A DNA stretch of 64,000 nucleotides, from positions 115,801-179,800 of the forward strand of contig DDCZ01000048.1 in assembly GCA_002336485.1 (NCBI GenBank), written 5' to 3'. The notes beneath the pieces were generated by a model. The model was not told the origin of the DNA. It searched no databases and worked only from the letters and a program-made list of their open reading frames with translations. Shown here piece after piece: positions 45,811-55,023 of the stretch. Source of the DNA: Flavobacteriales bacterium UBA1993. Its GTDB lineage: Bacteria > Bacteroidota > Bacteroidia > Flavobacteriales_G > Salibacteraceae. How positions within the stretch are numbered: the stretch's first letter is position 1; the number at the start of each line of letters is the position of its first letter. Made by a program: the position numbers and the translations under genes.

Positions 45811-47090
45811 GACATATTGTTCACGACTTCGATTAAACGATCAAGATCGGCTATCGAGGTGTAGACATTTGGCGTTACTCTTACGCCATCAATTCCTTCA
45901 TGCGATATTGTAGTCGTATGAATACGGGCCTTTTTCCAAAGTTCGTCGTGAATATCTCGAGCTGTCTTGCCCTTGACGCTAAAAGTGGTGAGCGCTCCGC
46001 TAAATTCAGAATCTTCAGGGCACCAGAATTCTATGCCCGGAACTTCTTTAACCCGCTCAACCCAGTACTGCTTCAAAAAGTGTAGCCGCTTAAACTTTCG
46101 GTCCGCACCTATACTCGCATGAAAGTCAATCGCCTGCCCGATCGCCAACTCGGCAGGAACATCTCGCGTTCCTTGCATCTCAAACTTTCGCACGTCGCTG
46201 CTTTGTGGTTCAGGGCCTGGAAATAGCGCCCAATGTTCAGCTATTAATTCTTTTTTCATCCACAACATGCCTGTTCCAAACGGAGCGCAGAGCCATTTGT
46301 GAAGGCTGGTTCCGAAGTAGTCGCAATTTAAATCCGTGATTTTGAAATCAAGATGTGCAAAGCTGTGTGCGCCATCAACCACAACACGAATTCCTCTTTT
46401 TTGTGCTTCAGCAGCGATAGCAGCCACGGGCAATACCTGTCCTGTCCAATTCACTACGTGTTCGATTAGGACAACTTTTGTCTTTGAAGTGAATTGATCT
46501 GTATACGATTTTACAATGGCCGAAACATCGGTAGATGGCATTGGTATTTTCGCTGTTTTACGAATCAGTCCTTCTCTCAATTCCCTCTGTTTCCAAGCTT
46601 GATTCATGTTTGGATAGATGAAATTGCTCGTGACAAATTCATCTCCAGCATTCATGTCTAACCCGAAAATGATCGTGTCAAGGGCCTCCGTTGTGTTTCT
46701 GTTGATTGCAATTTCTTCTGAATTTACTCCTGCCAAGTCTGCAAGCTTTTCGCGTATCGTTTCGCGCCCTTTTTCAAATACGCGCCACATATAGTATGAA
46801 GGTGCTTCATTACTTAGTTCGGTAAACCGCTGAACAGCGTCTTGAACGGTTTTGGGATGTGGTGATACCCCACCATTGTTGAGGTTAATGATGTTTGAAG
46901 AAGTGGTGTAATTATGACGCACCCAACTCCAGAAGTCTTCGTTTTGCGCCAATTCGCTTGGGTCAGAATCTGGCATCAAATCCAGCATGCGTTGAGACTC
47001 TTGAGCAAATCCACCGTCTATTAGTGGCCAGGCCCAAAAACCAGCCCCAAGGGTGCCAGCTTTTTTCAAAAACGATCTTCTATTATTCAC
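45807..47090 (-). CDS. Class V aminotransferase-fold PLP-dependent enzyme (isopenicillin-N-epimerase-like) with twin-arginine signal peptide
   Basis: N-terminal NRRSFLKKAGTLGAGFWAWP is a consensus Tat motif. SLHKWLCAP carries the PLP-lysine context; 427 aa. Confidence 0.8.
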   Translation of the reverse strand: MNNRRSFLKKAGTLGAGFWAWPLIDGGFAQESQRMLDLMPDSDPSELAQNEDFWSWVRHNYTTSSNIINLNNGGVSPHPKTVQDAVQRFTELSNEAPSYYMWRVFEKGRETIREKLADLAGVNSEEIAINRNTTEALDTIIFGLDMNAGDEFVTSNFIYPNMNQAWKQRELREGLIRKTAKIPMPSTDVSAIVKSYTDQFTSKTKVVLIEHVVNWTGQVLPVAAIAAEAQKRGIRVVVDGAHSFAHLDFKITDLNCDYFGTSLHKWLCAPFGTGMLWMKKELIAEHWALFPGPEPQSSDVRKFEMQGTRDVPAELAIGQAIDFHASIGADRKFKRLHFLKQYWVERVKEVPGIEFWCPEDSEFSGALTTFSVKGKTARDIHDELWKKARIHTTTISHEGIDGVRVTPNVYTSIADLDRLIEVVNNMS

Positions 47091-47131
47091 TTCATCGGGT
47101 TTCGAACAAATTAAGGACTTTTGGTCAGACT

Positions 47132-47560
47132 ATGAAATCTATCCTATTCGTGGCAATTCAGTTTATCCTATTGGTCGCCTTTTTGTTTACTGGCCCGGGA
47201 CTCGTTGATTCGTGGTGGATTTTGGGCCTGCAGGCTATTGCAATACTCATCGGGCTTTGGGCGCTTTATACGATGAAAATGCACCAATTCAGTGTTTTCC
47301 CCGAACCAAAAAACACGCTGAATATCTGTGATCAGGGCCCCTATCGATGGATTCGTCATCCTATGTATTCTGCCTTGCTGCTGCTCGCCTTGGGCTGGAC
47401 GCTCGATCGATTTGATCTTTTTCATGCCGGTATGTTTGCAGGCTTATTGCTAAACCAAATTTTGAAGCTTCAGTATGAGGAACGATTGCTGCTTCAAAAA
47501 TTCAAGGAGTATTCAGGGTATATGGAAGGCACCAAGAGATTGATTCCCTTTGTCTACTGA
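47132..47560 (+). CDS. Isoprenylcysteine carboxyl methyltransferase (ICMT)/phospholipid methyltransferase-family membrane protein
   Basis: The ATG at 47132 gives a 142-aa, 4-TM protein with GPYRWIRHPMYSALLL. The upstream part of track ORF 46895..47560 is antisense to the aminotransferase gene. Confidence 0.65.
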   Translation: MKSILFVAIQFILLVAFLFTGPGLVDSWWILGLQAIAILIGLWALYTMKMHQFSVFPEPKNTLNICDQGPYRWIRHPMYSALLLLALGWTLDRFDLFHAGMFAGLLLNQILKLQYEERLLLQKFKEYSGYMEGTKRLIPFVY

Positions 47561-48135
47561 CCTATTAATCCTAGCGTACTTGGTCCTAGATTGAAGAGTG
47601 CGTCAAGCACGCTCAGATTTGCGGTGAATGGATGACGATCTTCAAAGACTTGGATATACAGCTCTGCATTTATGAGCGGAAATTTTGACTTACGTAAATC
47701 GCCTCCATCAATATCTTCATAAGCTTCTGTAAGCTCTGAGGGCAGGTCAAGGCGAAGACAGTTTAATATTGCGTTGTGGATCTCGAGATTGAACTCAACA
47801 AGGCTTTTCGTTTTGTGTTTGTATAACTCAACAAATCGGTCTTCGTAATACTCGAAATATGGGCTTCTGCGGTATGCTGCTTCCAAGCCCTTCCAATGTT
47901 CCTTTTGCCAATTCTCTTCATAGCTGATTTCCACGGCATGCATAGGTTTTCTGTTGCCTGTTTTACGCGTTGGTATCACAAGTTTTTGCCTTCCGTTTGG
48001 ACTGAGAATCTCGAGTCTAGTCCGTGGCGATTGCTTTACATAGTGTTCATGCACCTCAAAAAGCGGGTTGGTTGCCTTCAGTAAGGTCTGGTAGTAGCCG
48101 ATACTACCACCATAGAATACCGGAAATACAGCCAT
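47554..48135 (-). CDS. WbqC family protein
   Basis: HEHYVKQSPRTRLEILSPNGRQKLVIPT resembles the WbqC signature, and its position after lepB is conserved in Flavobacteriia. Confidence 0.7.
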   Translation of the reverse strand: MAVFPVFYGGSIGYYQTLLKATNPLFEVHEHYVKQSPRTRLEILSPNGRQKLVIPTRKTGNRKPMHAVEISYEENWQKEHWKGLEAAYRRSPYFEYYEDRFVELYKHKTKSLVEFNLEIHNAILNCLRLDLPSELTEAYEDIDGGDLRKSKFPLINAELYIQVFEDRHPFTANLSVLDALFNLGPSTLGLIGQ

Positions 48136-49781
48136 TACTCAGGGATGCTGAACATTCGGTTAAAACGAAGTCCGCCGTCAAACAGAGTTTTTTCTGGGTC
48201 AATAGAAAGCCAGATGAAAGCGGCGCGACCTACAATGTGATTTTCGGGAACGAACCCCCAAAAGCGAGAATCTGCAGAGTTATGACGATTATCTCCCATC
48301 ATGAAATAGTAGTCCATTTCAAAGGTGTAGGATGTTGTAGGCTCATCATCGACGAGGATTTGACCATTGACAACCCGCAGTTTGTGACCTTCATAGACTT
48401 CAATAATTCGCTCGTAAAATGAAAGGTTTGCAAGATTGAGTTCTACGGATTCACCCTTTACCGGAACTGATAGCGGCCCCCAATTGTCAACGCTCCAATC
48501 CGTCCCAGGTTGATTTGGGAATATGGATCCTTCAATTGAATTTTGCTTAAAGTGCATATTGATGTTCACTGCATCAACAGAATTATACCCATTCATGGTA
48601 TTCTGACTTTCGAGCGTCATTGGAAGTTCATAGATATATGGCCCTGTATTGTTTAGTAAGCTCTGCCTAGGATCTGAATCCTGTAGATTTATATCCAAGT
48701 TGTCCTTAATCATGTTTTGATTTAACAATGCACGGCTTTCGATTATGTAATTGTATTGAAACGCTGGCGGTATATAAGCCGTCTCGTCGTTGATGCTAAG
48801 CTTGGCATTCTCAATATAAATCTTGTCTCCTGGCACTGCCACACAGCGCTTAATATAGTGCTCTCGCTTATCCACTGGGCGCACCGTGATGTCGTATCCT
48901 TCTCGCACAATTTTTTGAGACCTTGCCTCGGATATGCCCATTCGTTGAAACATTCCTAAGAGATTATTCGTGGCTTGTGTGTTCTGCTGCCCAGTTGGAA
49001 TGCCTTTCCAGACATATTTACGCGCATTTTTCTCTCCATACAGAATGCTGTAATTTCTGATCAACTGATTGTAACTCATATTGCTCTGAAGTTCCACTGT
49101 CACGGTGTCTCCTTCGGGGTAGTTGAAAACCACAATATCGTTTCTATCTACCTCTCCAAATCCTGGTAATCGGCCGTATGGCAGTTTCATCCATTCTAAA
49201 TAACTTGGTATCTCGGTGCCGGGTAAAGTGTGATGCGCAAATGGAAAGCTGAGGGGCGTTTGAGGAATCTTTGGACCATATGCCATCTTACTCACGAAGA
49301 GGTAATCACCAATGAGTAATGTCTTCTCCATAGAGGCGGTTGGGATGGTGAACGCTTCAAGGAAATATGTTCGGATTATGCTCGCCGCAATGACTGCAAA
49401 GACAATGGCATCGCCCCATTCTCGGGCTGGAGACTTCTTCAGTTTAGATCGATCAACGGGACCAATAAATTTTATTTCACCCTTCCCCCAAACTGGAAAC
49501 ATTACGAACGGGAAAAGAACGGCGAGGACTTGGTCTTGAAGCTCGCGTTTTCCAAATACTGTGGCCAAATTCGAATTAAAAACCATGAGCATAAGAACAT
49601 TCACACCAGGGAAGATCAATAGTGTGGTCCACCACCATGGTTTCTGAGTGATTTTGGTGACAACATAAAAGTTGTAGAAAGGAATAAGTCCTTCCCAAGA
49701 TTTTCTTCCGGCCTTTGGAAATAGGAAGAAAAATCCGGCCATGTAGCCAAGTGCGATAATGCTGTAGATCAGGATACTCAT
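48135..49781 (-). CDS. lepB: Signal peptidase I (long Bacteroidota form)
   Basis: IPTASMEKTLLIGDYLFVSK (catalytic Ser box) and GDNRHNSADSRFWGFVP (box E); 548 aa. Confidence 0.85.
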   Translation of the reverse strand: MSILIYSIIALGYMAGFFFLFPKAGRKSWEGLIPFYNFYVVTKITQKPWWWTTLLIFPGVNVLMLMVFNSNLATVFGKRELQDQVLAVLFPFVMFPVWGKGEIKFIGPVDRSKLKKSPAREWGDAIVFAVIAASIIRTYFLEAFTIPTASMEKTLLIGDYLFVSKMAYGPKIPQTPLSFPFAHHTLPGTEIPSYLEWMKLPYGRLPGFGEVDRNDIVVFNYPEGDTVTVELQSNMSYNQLIRNYSILYGEKNARKYVWKGIPTGQQNTQATNNLLGMFQRMGISEARSQKIVREGYDITVRPVDKREHYIKRCVAVPGDKIYIENAKLSINDETAYIPPAFQYNYIIESRALLNQNMIKDNLDINLQDSDPRQSLLNNTGPYIYELPMTLESQNTMNGYNSVDAVNINMHFKQNSIEGSIFPNQPGTDWSVDNWGPLSVPVKGESVELNLANLSFYERIIEVYEGHKLRVVNGQILVDDEPTTSYTFEMDYYFMMGDNRHNSADSRFWGFVPENHIVGRAAFIWLSIDPEKTLFDGGLRFNRMFSIPE

Positions 49782-49833
49782 AGTGATGTCTTATTTACAG
49801 GACGAAGAAACAAACTTTAGAAAGGGTAGGGGG

Positions 49834-49860
49834 CAATTTTTGTTGAACGGACAAAAATTG
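49834..49860. other. Inverted repeat CAATTTTTGT-(7 nt)-ACAAAAATTG between dapB stop and lepB start
   Basis: Perfect 10-bp AT-rich stem read from the sequence. There is no U-run after it on the transcribed (minus) strand, so it is not a canonical intrinsic terminator. Confidence 0.5.
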
Positions 49861-49884
49861 GTTTGTCGTGTTAAGAGATGTTAG

Positions 49885-50601
49885 TCAAAGTCGAAGCATA
49901 TCGCTCATTGTGTAAAACCCTTTTTTACTTGAAAGAAACTCGGCTGCCAATATTGCCCCAAGGGCAAAACCATCTCTAGACTTGGCCTTATGACTCAATT
50001 CAATTTGATCAACATTGCTGTCGAATCGAACAATGTGCGTGCCTTTCACATCTCCCTCACGCTGTGCGTCGATTGGAAGGTCTCCTTGGTCAACGCCTTC
50101 AGAAGTTAGTTTCCACGATCGGTAGTTAGGGTGAACATTAGTGATTTGTTCTGCAGTTGTTATGGCCGTTCCACTTGGTTCATCGAGCTTTTGCGTGTGG
50201 TGAATTTCAGTCATGGAGGCCGCGTAAGACGGGTGCTTCGACATTAAGGCCGCAAGGCGCTGGTTTATTTCCCAAAATAGGTTCACACCAATACTGAAGT
50301 TACTGGCCCAGAAAAATGAACCATTGTGTTTTGCAACCATTTCCTTAACCAGATCGATTTGGTCATACCAACCGGTTGTTCCAGTAACGATGGGAACTCC
50401 CAGCTTTAATAATCGTTCATAGTTTTCTAGCGCAGAAGCAGGAGCCGTGAACTCGATAACTACATCGGCAGATTGAATTGTAGTCCATGCTGAATCTGAC
50501 GAGTTTCTGTCCAGAATTGGACCAACCGAATGGCCCTTGTCTATGGCAATCTGCTCGATTGTCTTTCCCATTTTCCCATATCCAACTAACGCGATTTTCA
50601 T
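49885..50601 (-). CDS. dapB: 4-hydroxy-tetrahydrodipicolinate reductase
   Basis: MKIALVGYGKMG and EIHHTQKLDEPSGTA motifs; 238 aa. Confidence 0.9.
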   Translation of the reverse strand: MKIALVGYGKMGKTIEQIAIDKGHSVGPILDRNSSDSAWTTIQSADVVIEFTAPASALENYERLLKLGVPIVTGTTGWYDQIDLVKEMVAKHNGSFFWASNFSIGVNLFWEINQRLAALMSKHPSYAASMTEIHHTQKLDEPSGTAITTAEQITNVHPNYRSWKLTSEGVDQGDLPIDAQREGDVKGTHIVRFDSNVDQIELSHKAKSRDGFALGAILAAEFLSSKKGFYTMSDMLRL

Positions 50602-50602
50602 G

Positions 50603-51193
50603 CTAGAATGTCAGTGATAATGAGACTCCCTGCGACAAACCGCCCGATGGGGAAAGCTGGAGTTTTGGTTGAATATTGAGACTTAAATCATCGTCTACAT
50701 CAAAGTAAAATAAATGAGCATCGACCGTGGCGTCTATAACTTGTAGTGCATAAACCGCGAAAATGGCAACGCCCGAATATTCGCTCCAAGTTTGGTATTG
50801 TTCAGCAGCGCTTTGAATATCTGTCAAGGTATAGCCTAGATCGTAGTATTCACTGAATTCACCGGTTGTGTTTTCAGAGTCTTGTGCATAGGCGGCTTTC
50901 AACTTGGCATATTCGAGACGGTTTGATACGAAGAAGTATCCCGCTGTTCCTAGCGCTGCATATACGATTGGCACCTTCCATATTTTTTTATTGTACGCTT
51001 GGCCAAGTCCGGGAACGGCTAGGCTCAACAACGCCGCACGTTTCGGATTTCTTTCGGATGGTCGGTCAGATACTGCGGTGTCTTTGACGGTAGAAAGTGT
51101 GTCTGCCTCAGCCTTATGGGGGAGATTGGCCTTTTGGGCATTTCCGCTCAAGGATAAGATACATAGGACAACACATAGCACTGCTACTCGCAT
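50603..51193 (-). CDS. DUF5683 domain protein
   Basis: SLAVPGLGQAYNKKIWKVPIVY motif, plus the conserved position between parB and dapB. Confidence 0.7.
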   Translation of the reverse strand: MRVAVLCVVLCILSLSGNAQKANLPHKAEADTLSTVKDTAVSDRPSERNPKRAALLSLAVPGLGQAYNKKIWKVPIVYAALGTAGYFFVSNRLEYAKLKAAYAQDSENTTGEFSEYYDLGYTLTDIQSAAEQYQTWSEYSGVAIFAVYALQVIDATVDAHLFYFDVDDDLSLNIQPKLQLSPSGGLSQGVSLSLTF

Positions 51194-51233
51194 ATTAATG
51201 GCAAAGTAAAGGCAATCGATCTAGAGAAAGGAA

Positions 51234-52148
51234 TTAGTAAGAATAATTTTGATTTGGATTTTGCAAAAGGGCAATCAGCCGGTTCAGATCATGCTCGTTT
51301 GTAAACTCGATGCTGATCTTACCATTTCCCTTTGGTAAAAACTTCAAATCAACTTTGGCGTTAAGGTTGTGCGCTAGGTTTTGTCTCGCTGTGTTATAAA
51401 ATTGCTTCTGAGACTCCACAATGGATGGATCAAGATTTACTTTTTTAGCCTTTCGGGCTAAATTCTCAACGTCGCGTACACTTAAGACCTCATTAATGAT
51501 CCGCTCAAATATCTCCAGTTGCTTTTGATGATCGTCGACTCCAATCAAAGCACGGGCATGGCCCATTGAAATATTCCCTTTCTGTAAGGCCATCTGAATT
51601 TCAGCAGGTAGCTTGAGTAAGCGTAAAAAGTTTGTGATATTAGATCGACTCTTACTGAGTTTCTCACTTAACCCTTCGTGCGTTAAATCGCATTCATCTA
51701 TTAGGCGTTTATAGCTGATGGCAACTTCAATTGGGTTTAAATCCTCGCGCTGAATGTTTTCAACCAGCGCCATTTCAAGCATTGTTTGATCATTCGCCAA
51801 GCGCACATAGGCGGGGATTTCGGTTAATCCAGCAAGTTGCGAGGCTCTGAATCTGCGCTCTCCACTGATCAACTGAAACGTACCGTTTCCCATTTTTCGA
51901 ACCGTAACCGGCTGAATTATTCCATGCTGTCGAATGCTCTCAGCAAGTTCGTCTAGCGCCGCGTTTTCAAATCGGGTTCTTGGTTGAAATGGATTCGCTT
52001 CAATAGATTCAAGACCGATGTTTGCGATGCTTCCAAGTACGGCCGACTCGCGTTCACCTTGAATTGACGCACCTGTGATGTCTGTTTCGGTATGCTCAAG
52101 TAGAGCACTTAGCCCTCTTCCGAGAGCGCTTTTTTTAGGACTCGCCAT
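51234..52148 (-). CDS. parB: Chromosome partitioning protein ParB
   Basis: GLSALL, IQPVTVRK, ISGERRFRAS and an HTH region; 304 aa. Confidence 0.9.
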   Translation of the reverse strand: MASPKKSALGRGLSALLEHTETDITGASIQGERESAVLGSIANIGLESIEANPFQPRTRFENAALDELAESIRQHGIIQPVTVRKMGNGTFQLISGERRFRASQLAGLTEIPAYVRLANDQTMLEMALVENIQREDLNPIEVAISYKRLIDECDLTHEGLSEKLSKSRSNITNFLRLLKLPAEIQMALQKGNISMGHARALIGVDDHQKQLEIFERIINEVLSVRDVENLARKAKKVNLDPSIVESQKQFYNTARQNLAHNLNAKVDLKFLPKGNGKISIEFTNEHDLNRLIALLQNPNQNYSY

Positions 52149-52953
52149 CGAACACCTCCACTATTTTATCTTTCTCGCTGATGCGGGTCATTTCGTTTTT
52201 CTGTAAAATTTCTCTTGCGAGATTTAGATAATTCACCGCTCCTGTACTAGCCGCATCATGCATGATGATCGATTCGCCATGAGAAGGCGCTTCACCGAGG
52301 CGGGTGTTTCTGTGAATGATCGTATCGAATACCAATTGTTGGAAATGCATTTTCACTTCTTCAACCACTTGATTTGCAAGTCTTAGACGCTGATCGTACA
52401 TCGTGAGAAGCATTCCTTCAATGCTTAGGTCAGGATTAATTCGAGATTGAACAATCTTGATCGTATTTAGCAGCTTTCCAAGTCCTTCTAATGCGAAATA
52501 CTCACATTGAACGGGAACGATAACGCTGTCGGCCGCCGTAAGCGAGTTAATTGTAATGAGACCCAGTGATGGAGAACAATCGATGATAACAAAGTCATAA
52601 TCATCTTTCACCTTATTTAGCGCCATTCGCATCATGCGCTCACGGTTAGGTAAATTGATCATTTCTATTTCTGCACCGACTAAGTCGATGTGCGCAGGCA
52701 TGATATCAAGATTAGGGTTCTTGGTATTCAGGATAATATCCTTGGGTTCTACCTGGTTTATTATGCATTCGTAAATGCTTGTGCGGACATTTCTTGGGTC
52801 AAATCCAACTCCTGATGTGGCATTCGCCTGAGGATCTGCATCAACGATAAGCGTCTTCTTCTCCAACACTCCAAGGCTGGCTGCCAAGTTGATGCTGGTA
52901 GTGGTCTTACCGACTCCACCTTTTTGATTTGCAATTGCTATGATTTTTCCCAT
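52135..52953 (-). CDS. parA: Chromosome partitioning ATPase ParA/Soj
   Basis: Deviant Walker A IANQKGGVGKTTT; 272 aa. Overlaps parB by 14 nt. Confidence 0.9.
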   Translation of the reverse strand: MGKIIAIANQKGGVGKTTTSINLAASLGVLEKKTLIVDADPQANATSGVGFDPRNVRTSIYECIINQVEPKDIILNTKNPNLDIMPAHIDLVGAEIEMINLPNRERMMRMALNKVKDDYDFVIIDCSPSLGLITINSLTAADSVIVPVQCEYFALEGLGKLLNTIKIVQSRINPDLSIEGMLLTMYDQRLRLANQVVEEVKMHFQQLVFDTIIHRNTRLGEAPSHGESIIMHDAASTGAVNYLNLAREILQKNEMTRISEKDKIVEVFDGES

Positions 52954-52959
52954 AATAGT

Positions 52960-53679
52960 TTAAAGTTCTTTTGTTTGACCAATTGTCATCAGCTCAATGT
53001 GTTGATCATTCTGAGCAAACAAGTTTATAACGTCTTCGTGATTGACTTTAATGTACCCGAACGTATCGAAGTGCATTCCAATAACATTATCACATTCCAC
53101 AAATTTTGCTGCCTTTGATGCGTCTTCTGGACCCATCGTAAAATTGTCGCCGATAGGCAAGATTGCAAGATCGACCTTGTATGATTCTGCGATCAACTTC
53201 ATGTCGTAGGTCAGTGCAGTATCACCCGCATAATAGATTGTTTTACCGTCGGCCTCAATCACAAATCCACCTGGATTGCCACCATAAGTACCATCAGGTA
53301 GCACGCTTGAATGAACAGCAGTTACATACTTTACTCTTCCAAAGTCGAACGTCCATGAGCCACCGTGATTCATTGGATGGCCATTCTGGACACCCTTGGA
53401 TTGGAACCATGAGACAATTTCAAAATTGCTCACAACCGTAGCGTTTGTTGATTTTAATATTGCTTCCGCATCTGCTACATGGTCCTCATGTCCGTGCGAA
53501 ACCAGGACGTAATCACACTGGATGTCATCCGTGTTGAGTTTTGAAACGAGGCTTTTATCCAACGTAGTAGCTCGGATTTCTTGAACAATTGAATTCGGGT
53601 TAACGAACGGATCGAACAGTATCTTGGCCGTGGATGTTTCCAGTAAAAAACAGGCGTGACCGAGATAGGTTAGTTGCAT
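52960..53679 (-). CDS. Metal-dependent hydrolase, UPF0173 (metallo-beta-lactamase fold)
   Basis: MQLTYLGHACFLLE N-terminus and VSHGHEDH motif. Confidence 0.8.
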   Translation of the reverse strand: MQLTYLGHACFLLETSTAKILFDPFVNPNSIVQEIRATTLDKSLVSKLNTDDIQCDYVLVSHGHEDHVADAEAILKSTNATVVSNFEIVSWFQSKGVQNGHPMNHGGSWTFDFGRVKYVTAVHSSVLPDGTYGGNPGGFVIEADGKTIYYAGDTALTYDMKLIAESYKVDLAILPIGDNFTMGPEDASKAAKFVECDNVIGMHFDTFGYIKVNHEDVINLFAQNDQHIELMTIGQTKEL

Positions 53680-53789
53680 TTAGATGTCTTTCTTTGCGAC
53701 AATTCAAAAGTCTAATAAAACTAGCCGTGAAATCTCGTGAAACCCCTGATTTTATTGGTCTTTTTTGAACAAAAAGCTGTGAACAAGGA

Positions 53790-54311
53790 ATGATTACAAT
53801 AATTAGTGGGACCAATAGGTCGGGAAGCGTTACTCTAAGCGTATCCAGAAAAGTACTTGAGTTATTAACAAGCTCGGAGATAGATGCGCAACTTTTAGAC
53901 CTCCAAAAACTACCAAAAGACTTTGTGTTTAAGAATGATGTATTCGGCGATGCAGATCCGGGATTTTCGGCAATTGTCGATCAATTTGTGACTACTGCAG
54001 ACCGATTTGTGTTTGTCATTCCCGAATACAACGGTGGATTTCCAGGAGTATGTAAAGCGTTTATTGATGCCATAGAACCAAAGAATTTTAAAGGAAAAAA
54101 AGCGGCCCTTATCGGCTTGTCGGCTGGGCGTGCAGGAAACCTTCGAGGTACGGATCAGCTCACGGGAGTTCTGAATTATCTTGATGTTTCTACCGTACCT
54201 AAACCAGTCAATATATTACATGTGGCCGGACAGTTAAATGAGGAAGGTCAGCTCACAGACGATCACACCGCGGAGGCAATTACGCGACTCTTAGAAAGGT
54301 TGTTGGACTAA
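53790..54311 (+). CDS. NAD(P)H-dependent FMN reductase family oxidoreductase
   Basis: IISGTNRSGS and PEYNGGFPGVCKAFID motifs; 173 aa. Confidence 0.75.
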   Translation: MITIISGTNRSGSVTLSVSRKVLELLTSSEIDAQLLDLQKLPKDFVFKNDVFGDADPGFSAIVDQFVTTADRFVFVIPEYNGGFPGVCKAFIDAIEPKNFKGKKAALIGLSAGRAGNLRGTDQLTGVLNYLDVSTVPKPVNILHVAGQLNEEGQLTDDHTAEAITRLLERLLD

Positions 54312-54345
54312 AAAAAAAGGCCCAATGAAGGGCCGATTTTATTCT
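54311..54345. terminator. Bidirectional intrinsic terminator between convergent genes
   Basis: A8 tract (54311-54318), GGCCC (54319-54323), 6-nt loop, GGGCC (54330-54334), then GATTTTATT. The short GC stem is flanked by A and T runs. It overlaps the lolA-like stop. Confidence 0.5.
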
Positions 54346-55019
54346 CGAAGATCTATGATGTCATCTGCTTGGTCTTCGTCAAACTCAAAGTCAGAGTCGT
54401 TGACGTCAATGTTAGACTTGAAGTTTTTTAGACGGTAAGTGTACTCATTTCCGTCCTTGGTTTTTACCACCATACTCACCAATTCGAGTTTCGCTTTGTC
54501 AATATTTACCACTACTGTGTGGTAGTTTTTGCCCTTCGGATTCATTGGAAACATCTTAATTACATCAGCCTCGATGCCATCAATGGTAGCTGTTCCTTCA
54601 TGTCGATACTTGAAGCCTTTCTTATACATATGAAAAGCATTGGCTGGATTCATCAGGTTTCCATCTTCTTCACTTTCTTCGGGTACATCTGAAATTTGTA
54701 GCTCGCCTACCTCCTTTATAAATGTCCATACAGTTTCGCCGTCGCTGATTATTTCCTGACCAGCAACCTCCAGCTTGTATTTCTGTTTGCCTTTCATTGT
54801 CACACTCCCCGATTGCGTTTCGTTTATTCCTTCAGACTTATTGAGCAAAGTGTATTCGAAATCAGCACTGAAAGAAGTGTATCCTGCCGCCTTATTTGAG
54901 AGGGCATCTAAGATTTCCTGCGCCTTTGGATCTTGAGGGTTTAGGTCTTTTTCTTCGTGTTGGGAAATGCCCAAGTTTGCCAATAGCATTAGGCTGATTA
55001 TAGGGAGTAGATTTTTCAT
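54339..55019 (-). CDS. lolA: LolA-like outer-membrane lipoprotein carrier protein
   Basis: Signal peptide, 226 aa, and a LolA-type pattern (FSADFEYTL...GKQKYKLEVAGQEIISDGETVW). It sits immediately downstream of ftsK, as in many Bacteroidota. Confidence 0.7.
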   Translation of the reverse strand: MKNLLPIISLMLLANLGISQHEEKDLNPQDPKAQEILDALSNKAAGYTSFSADFEYTLLNKSEGINETQSGSVTMKGKQKYKLEVAGQEIISDGETVWTFIKEVGELQISDVPEESEEDGNLMNPANAFHMYKKGFKYRHEGTATIDGIEADVIKMFPMNPKGKNYHTVVVNIDKAKLELVSMVVKTKDGNEYTYRLKNFKSNIDVNDSDFEFDEDQADDIIDLRE

Positions 55020-55023
55020 GATT

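Noticed and set aside
46895-47131. N-terminal 79 codons of track ORF 46895-47560
   Set aside because: This part is antisense to the Tat-signal aminotransferase gene. The membrane protein begins naturally at the ATG at 47132 (MKSILFVAIQF…).
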